A program made the position numbers and the translations under genes. Under the pieces are notes generated by a model. That model was not told where the DNA came from and did no database searches. It saw nothing but the letters and a program-made list of their open reading frames with translations. 30,058 nt of DNA from a virus (Duplodnaviria; Caudoviricetes): IMG/VR virus record IMGVR_UViG_3300049485_000020, positions 1 through 30,058 of that record; one strand, given 5' to 3'. The stretch's first letter is position 1. Each line of letters opens with the position of its first letter. Below, one piece after another: positions 1-6,066 of this stretch.

Positions 1-300
1 AGCACCACGGAGGTTAGCACCATAGAGGTTAGCACCACTGAGGTTAGCACCACTGAGGTTAGCACCACTGAGGTTAGCATCATAGAGGTTAGCACCACTG
101 AGGTTAGCACCACTGAGGTTAGCACCACGGAGGTTAGCACCACTGAGGATAGCACCATAGAGGTTAGCACCACTGAGGTTAGCACCACTGAGGTTAGCAC
201 CACTGAGGATAGCACCATGGAGGTTAGCATCACTGAGGTTAGCACCACTGAGGTTAGCACCACGGAGGTTAGCATCACTGAGGTCAGCACCACGGAGGTT
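1..300. repeat. Tandem array of 20 x 15-bp units (consensus AGCACCACTGAGGTT), coding
   Basis: Exact 15-bp period, no spacers; encodes the pentapeptide repeats on the minus strand. Confidence 0.97.
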
Positions 301-396
301 TATCTTCTCCCTAATAGCTCTCTCCACAAGCTCTTTCATAGTAGATACTTCGGCGGAGTAGAGGACTTCTTTGGTGTAGCGATGGTAGATGTTCAT
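1..396 (-). CDS. Pentapeptide-repeat protein (3' end runs off the window)
   Basis: Not in ORF track. ATG at 396 with AGGGAG SD; translates [32 protein letters not shown] then 20 x (N/D/I)L(S/R/Y/H)(G/D)A, the canonical A(N/D)LXX pentapeptide repeat. Confidence 0.92.
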   Translation of the reverse strand, partial: MNIYHRYTKEVLYSAEVSTMKELVERAIREKINLRGADLSDANLRGANLSGANLSDANLHGAILSGANLSGANLSGANLYGAILSGANLRGANLSGANLSGANLYDANLSGANLSGANLSGANLYGANLRGA

Positions 397-543
397 TTAA
401 TACTCCCTTGTATATAGAGGATGTACCGTGCCACGCTGTCTCACTGCAAACTGCTCAGCGCTGCTACGATCTAGAGTCACATAAGTGGCCCTAACACCAT
501 TAAATTGATAGACCACAAGCCATGCGCTAGGAATTGGTTTCAT
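397..543 (-). CDS. Small hypothetical early protein (48 aa, MKPIPSAWLVVYQFNG...)
   Basis: Hand-translated open frame; its TAA directly abuts the ATG of the pentapeptide gene. Confidence 0.65.
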   Translation of the reverse strand: MKPIPSAWLVVYQFNGVRATYVTLDRSSAEQFAVRQRGTVHPLYTREY

Positions 544-661
544 TTACATGCTCCATTAGTTCAAGGTATCTGCATGCTTCTTCGTATATCTCCCACGTAG
601 TGTAGCTAACTTCGGGTAGGTTGTCAAGGTCTCTGAAGTCAAAGTTTTCTGGTAGTATCAT
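527..661 (-). CDS. Small acidic hypothetical protein (44 aa, MILPENFDFRDLDNLPEV...)
   Basis: C-terminal part of track ORF 527..772; AAGGAG SD precedes the ATG at 661. Confidence 0.65.
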   Translation of the reverse strand: MILPENFDFRDLDNLPEVSYTTWEIYEEACRYLELMEHVNETNS

Positions 662-695
662 GTTGTCTCCTTGAGAGTGATGTTGAATTTCTCGA

Positions 696-800
696 TTAGA
701 TTGTCCACAGTTCACTGGCATGGCACGATTGGATTGAAGCAAACAACATACACAATGCAAATACGATACCACCTGTGATGATTTGTAAGATGCTTTTCAT
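696..800 (-). CDS. Small membrane/signal-peptide-like protein (34 aa, MKSILQIITGGIVFALCMLFASIQSCHASELWTI)
   Basis: Hand-translated; basic N-terminus and hydrophobic core; no clear SD. Confidence 0.4.
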   Translation of the reverse strand: MKSILQIITGGIVFALCMLFASIQSCHASELWTI

Positions 801-834
801 GGTGTGCTTTCAAGTTTGGTTGCGATGTGGTGAT

Positions 835-969
835 TCAATAAGGAGCGGAGGGCAGGGCAGGCTTTACCTGCTTCACAACAACAAGGCCTTTAGGCTTGCG
901 TTCCCTACTTGTTATTGGCTTGCCGAGGTAGGTGGGGAAAGGCCAGTTGTAGGGTGCTACTATATCCAT
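835..969 (-). CDS. Small Pro-rich basic protein (44 aa, MDIVAPYNWPFPTYLGKP...)
   Basis: AGGAG SD at 974-978, ATG 969, TGA 835; overlaps the end of the upstream microgene. Confidence 0.6.
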   Translation of the reverse strand: MDIVAPYNWPFPTYLGKPITSRERKPKGLVVVKQVKPALPSAPY

Positions 970-1055
970 AACACTCCTATTTGTTTAGCAACCATATTAT
1001 GTACAAGCACAATGTGTACACCATCTGTTTTAGTAGGCCAAAATTCAATCATCAT
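960..1055 (-). CDS. 31-aa microprotein (MMIEFWPTKTDGVHIVLVHNMVAKQIGVLWI)
   Basis: GAGGAGGA SD; paralogous (17/30 identical by hand) to the N-terminus encoded at 1705-1794, which supports coding status. Confidence 0.7.
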   Translation of the reverse strand: MMIEFWPTKTDGVHIVLVHNMVAKQIGVLWI

Positions 1056-1212
1056 AGTCCTCCTCATCATCAGCGAAGTCTGCAGTAAATACATGGCTCA
1101 TGTCCTGCACATCATCTTCAGACATGTATTGTAAGCATTCACGTGCCAGGGTTTCCCAGCTAACCATACCATATTCACACATCTCAATTAACCTGTTGGT
1201 ATATTTACGCAC
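1045..1212 (-). CDS. Small acidic protein (55 aa, MRKYTNRLIEMCEYGMVSWETLARECLQYMSEDDVQDM...DDEEDYDD)
   Basis: AAGGAG SD, GTG start at 1212, TGA 1045; below the ORF-track length cutoff. Confidence 0.7.
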   Translation of the reverse strand: MRKYTNRLIEMCEYGMVSWETLARECLQYMSEDDVQDMSHVFTADFADDEEDYDD

Positions 1213-1229
1213 AATGTTCTCCTTAGAAG

Positions 1230-1457
1230 TTAAACAAAAACAAACACACCATTACCATTTGGCAGCCAACCACCCTTAAGCTCACCCTTCCACTCAAGTT
1301 TTTCAGCCAAAGCAACTGCGGCGGCTAGATGCCTATCATTGGTATTTAGGCTATAATCAAATGGCACGGTGATACTACCTCCTTGACATGATGCCTTAAT
1401 ACGTGAACCTCTGTTGTTGGTGGGAGCGAGGTATTTGGTTTCAATAACTTGACGCAT
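1230..1457 (-). CDS. Hypothetical phage early protein (TKYLAPTNNRGSRIKA motif)
   Basis: AGGAG SD; N-terminal motif I recognise from phage hypothetical proteins; function unknown. Confidence 0.8.
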   Translation of the reverse strand: MRQVIETKYLAPTNNRGSRIKASCQGGSITVPFDYSLNTNDRHLAAAVALAEKLEWKGELKGGWLPNGNGVFVFV

Positions 1458-1503
1458 GATGTTTTCTCCTAAATGCCAAGGCCAGTTGTAGGGTGCGATT
1501 ATA

Positions 1504-1794
1504 TCAGTCCAATGACACCACAGAGGTTAGGTTAGCATCACTGAGGTCAGCATCACTGAGGTTAGCACCACAGAGGTTAGCACCACTGAGGTTAGCACCA
1601 CGGAGGATAGCCCAATTGAGGATAGCATCACTGAGGTTTATCTTCTTCCTAATAGCTCTCTCCACAAGCTCTTTTATAGTAGATACTTCGGCGGAGTAGA
1701 GGTATATCCACAATGTTCCGAGGTAGATTACAACACCGTGTTTTACATAGACGATGTCGGTGCCTTGGGTCTTGGTGGGCCAGTATTCAATCAT
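1504..1794 (-). CDS. Chimeric microprotein::pentapeptide-repeat fusion with a late frameshift (possible pseudogene)
   Basis: GGAG SD and ATG at 1794; first 30 aa paralogous to 960..1055; then 62/64-nt identity to 301-364 and 7-8 pentapeptide units; 5-bp AGGTT duplication near 1529-1533 shifts the last codons. Confidence 0.7.
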   Translation of the reverse strand: MIEYWPTKTQGTDIVYVKHGVVIYLGTLWIYLYSAEVSTIKELVERAIRKKINLSDAILNWAILRGANLSGANLCGANLSDADLSDANLTSVVSLD

Positions 1795-1911
1795 GTTAAT
1801 CTCCGGGTTAGATGATATGAGCAAGTTCGGCTTTTGCGATCATGGTTCGCTTTCTGGTTGTTATGTCTGTATCATCGGCTACTTCACCCCACTGTACATT
1901 AGGACAAACCC

Positions 1912-2109
1912 TTAGTCGTCAATGTCTACACGTACACAAGACAAGCTTGTTTGGCGGCCTCTGAACTGATAGCAGACCACACCGTGCTTGTCAGGGCCGT
2001 AGCGATGTGGCATCTCTGCCTCACCTGGACTCTGAGATGATGGTGTGGGACCGCAGGCAGACAGGCAGCAAGCCAGCAACAGTAAGTATTTACGTAGGTT
2101 GGTGTTCAT
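1912..2109 (-). CDS. Small lipoprotein
   Basis: MNTNLRKYLLLLACCLSA-C: basic N-terminus, hydrophobic core and LSAC lipobox; AGGA SD. Confidence 0.75.
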   Translation of the reverse strand: MNTNLRKYLLLLACCLSACGPTPSSQSPGEAEMPHRYGPDKHGVVCYQFRGRQTSLSCVRVDIDD

Positions 2110-2139
2110 GATGTCCTAACAAGTTGATGCTGACACAGA

Positions 2140-2155
2140 TGCACATGTTGTGCCA
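2140..2155 (-). promoter_or_regulatory. Putative sigma54 (-24/-12) promoter for the minus-strand cluster
   Basis: Minus strand TGGCACAACATGTGCA = TGGCAC-N5-GTGCA with exact GG-N10-GC spacing, about 30 nt upstream of the first ORF. Confidence 0.55.
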
Positions 2156-2185
2156 CCCCTGTTTTAGTGGTTTAAACGACATATT

Positions 2186-2254
2186 GTGACACTTTACGTC
2201 ACATCTTAGTGACGTATTTTGTCATATTAATACAATAGTGACAAATATTGTCAT
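2186..2254. promoter_or_regulatory. Three GTGAC-N7-GTCA(C/T) palindromic binding sites
   Basis: 2186-2202 GTGACactttacGTCAC; 2209-2225 GTGACgtattttGTCAT; 2238-2254 GTGACaaatattGTCAT. Confidence 0.7.
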
Positions 2255-2317
2255 ATGTGGTGTAAGTGTTTGTTTATATAAGTTGGTCTATACAACTAAC
2301 TAAAACCCCTCTAAATC

Positions 2318-2340
2318 TAAATGAGAATCATTCTTATTTA
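2318..2340. promoter_or_regulatory. Fur-box-like palindrome
   Basis: TAAATGAGAAT-C-ATTCTTATTTA, an 11-1-11 inverted repeat with one mismatch; core resembles the Fur 7-1-7 motif TGATAATnATTATCA. Confidence 0.45.
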
Positions 2341-3017
2341 CTATAAAACAAGGACTTATAGGTATTTTATACCTTCGTTATGGATTTATACAAGAACTTG
2401 AAGGTTTATAACATTTTCATAAAAAGTATATAAATTCATGTGGCTTTAGGAAAACAATACTGTTTTGTATAGGGGGTAGGGGGGAAAGTTTGTTTCTATG
2501 TGGATTTGGGGTAAGAAGCTTGTACAATTTTTTATTTTTTTTGTAGTCTTAGTTTCTAAGGGTATGTACCTAGAAAGTAGGTTTAAAAGAACAAACCGAT
2601 TTAAACGAGCTACAAGCGATTTAATGGTCTTACCCACATGAGGGTAGCTTGAAGGTCTTAACAAGAGCTTCTAGGTACCTTTAAAGCGATTTAAACAGCA
2701 TTGCTTATTGCCTCCCTAAGGTCGGCATTGGCTTTCTTTTCTCGCGTTTTCTTTTTTTTTTATTGTCGTCGTCTACCTCCTCCTCTTCTTCTTCTTCTTC
2801 TTCTCTTTCTCTTAAAAAGAAAGAGATAGCTTATAGCTCAACAAAGAGCTATAAAAAGCTATCTCTATTGCTTTTATACTATATAGTGTTTTTATTATAT
2901 CACATCTGTCAAGAGGAACACGCTGCTGAAGAAAACTTCGTGTCCAAAAAGAAGTCGTAGACGACGGTGTCCCGTCTTTATCATTGGTGTTTACCCCTAT
3001 ACTTAGGGTATATACTA

Positions 3018-3046
3018 TTGCTATTTCTACTTATTTGTGTTATAAT
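3018..3046 (+). promoter_or_regulatory. Sigma70-type promoter for the packaging/structural operon
   Basis: TTGCTA-17 nt-TATAAT with extended -10 TG, 30 nt upstream of the terS start. Confidence 0.7.
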
Positions 3047-3075
3047 ATATCTAAAGACTATTTTCAAAGGAAAAC

Positions 3076-3642
3076 ATGGCTCTCTCTGACGATCCTCACA
3101 GAAAAACGTTGCCTAGTAGACGTAAACGTCCTGCTCGTGCCATTGATAAAACACGCTGGTCTGACAGCCAAAAGATTGAGTGTGTAACTACTTACATCAA
3201 GCTAGGTAACATCACTCGTGTGGCTGAGCTTCTGAAAATTCCTCGTCCAACCATCATTACTTGGCGTGCCACGGAGTGGTGGGTAAATATTGAAAAAGAG
3301 CTCCGTGCTGAGGAAAACATTGTTCTCTCCTCCTCCATGAAAACCCTAGTGGATAAATCTTTGCTGGTTGTTGAGGATAGGCTTGACAAGGGCGATTGGA
3401 TTTATGACACCAAGCTAGCTAAACTCGTGCGTAAACCCGTGAGTATGAAAGATGCTTTGAAAGTATCCACTGACCTCATTGACAAGCGTATTGAAATTGC
3501 TACACATGAAAACTACACAGTGGCTCAGGAAAACATTGAACAAAAACTACAAAAGCTAGCTCAGAGTTTTGAGGACGCTGTAAAAAACAAGACTCCTGTA
3601 CAGGTCACCGATGTTATTTTTGTAGAGGAAAAAAAGGAATAA
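3076..3642 (+). CDS. terS: Probable terminase small subunit
   Basis: N-terminal HTH-like segment (GNITRVAELLKIPRPTIITWR), helical C-terminus, first gene of the packaging operon, AAGGA SD. Confidence 0.65.
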   Translation: MALSDDPHRKTLPSRRKRPARAIDKTRWSDSQKIECVTTYIKLGNITRVAELLKIPRPTIITWRATEWWVNIEKELRAEENIVLSSSMKTLVDKSLLVVEDRLDKGDWIYDTKLAKLVRKPVSMKDALKVSTDLIDKRIEIATHENYTVAQENIEQKLQKLAQSFEDAVKNKTPVQVTDVIFVEEKKE

Positions 3643-3643
3643 T

Positions 3644-3937
3644 ATGCCTTTCATGAAAGATGGGAAACGCGACTATAAACGTGAAAACGAACTCTACAAC
3701 TCCAAACCAGAACAACGCAAACGTAGGTCTCTGCGTACTATTGCTCGCAACCAAGCTAATGCTGACGGACGCACCTCTAAAGGCGACGGTAAGGATCTGG
3801 ACCACATTAAACCCCTTAGTAGGGGTGGTAGCAATGCAAAGAGCAACACCCGTGTTGTAGCAGCTTCAGCAAATAGAAGTTTCAGCCGCAACTCGGACAG
3901 TAGCTTAAAGAGCCAAAGAAGCAAAAAGGGAAAATAA
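3644..3937 (+). CDS. HNH-family endonuclease
   Basis: DLDHIKPLSRGGSN..SNTRVV...ANRS beta-beta-alpha-metal motif; located next to the terminase genes. Confidence 0.85.
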   Translation: MPFMKDGKRDYKRENELYNSKPEQRKRRSLRTIARNQANADGRTSKGDGKDLDHIKPLSRGGSNAKSNTRVVAASANRSFSRNSDSSLKSQRSKKGK

Positions 3938-4110
3938 TGATTTCTTTTAGACATGAGGGTGATGAGGTTGTACGTGGTCTAAACATCACTACTCCAAGGA
4001 CTTGGCGTTGGCCCTGGATTACATTTGCCTACAAAACAAAATTGGGTGGGGCTTGGTACATTAGGTTTAGAACTAGGTTCTATCCGTTTGTCTTATGGGG
4101 AAAGTATTGA
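3937..4110 (+). CDS. Small Trp/Arg-rich hypothetical protein (57 aa, MISFRHEGDEVVRGLNI...)
   Basis: TAATG overlap with the HNH stop; fills the gap up to the holin ATG; absent from the ORF track. Confidence 0.65.
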   Translation: MISFRHEGDEVVRGLNITTPRTWRWPWITFAYKTKLGGAWYIRFRTRFYPFVLWGKY

Positions 4111-4111
4111 C

Positions 4112-4540
4112 ATGGACCCACTATCGATTGTAAGCGTTTTAACGGGCCTAGGGGACTCTCTAATCAAGCGCCTGTGGCCTGACCCTGCCGACCAAGCAAA
4201 AGCGCAGCTAGAGCTGTTTAAGCTGCAGCAAAGCGGTGAGCTAGCAAAACTAGCTGCTGACACAGAGCTTGCTACCAAACAAAGCGACATCAATGCTATT
4301 GAAGCAGCCAATCCCAATCTTTTTGTATCAGGGTGGAGGCCGGGCATCGGTTGGACTTGCGGTGCTGGGTTTGCCATTCAGTTTGTTGTTGGACCACTGG
4401 CTGAGTGGATTGCTGGGATGATGGGGCACCCAATGCCATTTCCAAAACTAGATCTTTCTGAGATGATGCCAATGTTGTTTGGTATGTTGGGACTTGGTGC
4501 TTATCGTAGCTACGAAAAAGTAAAGGGTGTTACTAAATGA
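4112..4540 (+). CDS. Putative holin (GTA 3TM-holin-like family)
   Basis: FVSGWRPGIGWTCG and GMLGLGAYRSYEKVKG motifs with hydrophobic helices; ATG 4112 preferred to track start 4025. Confidence 0.75.
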   Translation: MDPLSIVSVLTGLGDSLIKRLWPDPADQAKAQLELFKLQQSGELAKLAADTELATKQSDINAIEAANPNLFVSGWRPGIGWTCGAGFAIQFVVGPLAEWIAGMMGHPMPFPKLDLSEMMPMLFGMLGLGAYRSYEKVKGVTK

Positions 4541-6066
4541 CAAGACTCACTCCTGACCTAATAACAGGATTTGTAAAAACTGTCCTTGCTTCTGGGTTTG
4601 AGGGTGCAACAGAAACACCAGATTTTCATAAAGAGATGTGGGAGCTGTGCTGCTCCCCTCATCCACTTGTTGCAATTGCCGCCCCACGGGGCTACGCAAA
4701 AACAACAGCCGTTACTCTATCGTACGGCCTTACTTCCCTTTTATTTAGGGAAAGTAAATATCTACTAATTCTATCTGCCACTATTGACTTAGCAAATGGT
4801 ATGATTGCATCTATAAAAAATCAACTACAAAATAATACAAACATTGCTGAGTTGTTTGGTTTACAGCGAGATGAAAAAGGTGATGTTAAGTTTGTAAAAG
4901 ACACAGAAGATAGTTTAATTGTAAAGATGGATGATGGTTATTGCTTTAGGGTAGTTGCCCGTGGCGCAGAACAGAAAATTCGAGGGCTCAACTGGGATGG
5001 TACTCGCCCTGATCTCATCATCTGTGATGACCTTGAGGAAGATGAGGCTGTTCTTAATAAAGAGCGTAGAGAAAAACTTAGAAATTGGTTTAACAAGGCT
5101 GTTTTTCCAATGCGTAGCTCTAAAGGTAAAATACGTATGGTGGGCACTATCCTACACATGGACAGCCTGCTAGAACGACGTATGCCTAAGCCCAGTCATA
5201 AAGACAGTATTATAGAGCCTCTAAAACTATCTAGTAAAGTAAACATTGGTGGATGGCGCAGTGTGAAATATCGTGCACATAGTGATGACTATTTGCACCT
5301 TTTATGGCCCACTCGCTGGCCCAAGCAGAAGCTACAGGACTATTACGATACACTCTGTGCTGATGGTAGCCCAGACTCGTATAGCCAGGAAATGCTCAAC
5401 ATTCCGTTAGATTCAGCAAACACTTTATTTAAGCGTAATAGTTTTTGTGAAATAACAGATGAGATGCATAAATGCAACCTCAACTACTACATTGCTGCTG
5501 ACTTGGCTGTAGATCAACATAGTAAGGCCGATTACACAGTTTTTATGGTTGCTGGTGTAGATGAGTATAAACGCATACACATCAAAAATGTTATCCGTGA
5601 GCGATTAGACCCACGGGAAATTGTTGACATGCTTATTGAGCTTCAGCGTGTTTATAACCCCGATGTTGTGGGTATTGAGGAAATGCAGGTATCTAAAGCA
5701 ATTGGACCCTTTCTACGGGAAGAGATGATTACAACGGGTGTATTTTTAAACCTATACCAACTAAAACACGGCGGTAAAGATAAAATTATGCGCACTAGCT
5801 CTATCCGTGCGCGCATGCAATGCAACACTGTATTTTTTGATAAGCAGGCGGATTGGTATGCTGCTTTAGAGGAAGAATGTTTACGGTTTCCTAGAGATAC
5901 GCATGATGACCAAGTTGATTGTCTTGCATATTTAGGGATGTTACTTAACCACCTCGTAGAGGCCAACAGCCCAGAGGAACAAGACGAGGAAAACTGGCTT
6001 GATGAACTACGAACAAACCGACAATATGACAGGAGAGATGGAAGATCTAACATCACAGGGTATTGA
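4537..6066 (+). CDS. terL: Terminase large subunit
   Basis: Walker A APRGYAKTT, Walker B LIICDDLE, coupling motif VGT, nuclease ADLA...HDDQVD. Confidence 0.95.
   Translation: MTRLTPDLITGFVKTVLASGFEGATETPDFHKEMWELCCSPHPLVAIAAPRGYAKTTAVTLSYGLTSLLFRESKYLLILSATIDLANGMIASIKNQLQNNTNIAELFGLQRDEKGDVKFVKDTEDSLIVKMDDGYCFRVVARGAEQKIRGLNWDGTRPDLIICDDLEEDEAVLNKERREKLRNWFNKAVFPMRSSKGKIRMVGTILHMDSLLERRMPKPSHKDSIIEPLKLSSKVNIGGWRSVKYRAHSDDYLHLLWPTRWPKQKLQDYYDTLCADGSPDSYSQEMLNIPLDSANTLFKRNSFCEITDEMHKCNLNYYIAADLAVDQHSKADYTVFMVAGVDEYKRIHIKNVIRERLDPREIVDMLIELQRVYNPDVVGIEEMQVSKAIGPFLREEMITTGVFLNLYQLKHGGKDKIMRTSSIRARMQCNTVFFDKQADWYAALEEECLRFPRDTHDDQVDCLAYLGMLLNHLVEANSPEEQDEENWLDELRTNRQYDRRDGRSNITGY

Larger units (their letters stand above)
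939..1496. repeat. 19-bp exact direct repeat AAGGCCAGTTGTAGGGTGC at 939-957 and 1478-1496
   Basis: Read directly; each copy lies immediately 3' (minus strand) of a microprotein-gene copy. Confidence 0.95.

Noticed and set aside
1-300. CRISPR array
   Set aside because: Units are contiguous 15-mers with no spacers and encode a protein repeat.
217-1699. Plus-strand track ORFs 217..417, 775..1134 and 1493..1699
   Set aside because: Antisense shadows of minus-strand genes that have SDs and recognisable products.
295-1702. Diversity-generating retroelement template/variable pair
   Set aside because: Both mismatches in the 64-bp shared segment are A in the second copy's coding strand, but two sites are too few, the pattern fails in the second repeat unit (TGG vs GAT), and no reverse transcriptase is in the window.
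2875-2912. Leftward sigma70 promoter (TTGACA and TATAAT on the minus strand)
   Set aside because: The two hexamers are only 7 nt apart; no good -10 at 16-18 nt.
2446-2960. ORFs 2446..2664 and 2763..2960 (poly-Ser)
   Set aside because: No SD; they arise from low-complexity TCT and AT tracts in the control region.
4025-4111. N-terminal extension of the holin
   Set aside because: Overlaps the coupled 3937..4110 ORF; ATG 4112 fits better.
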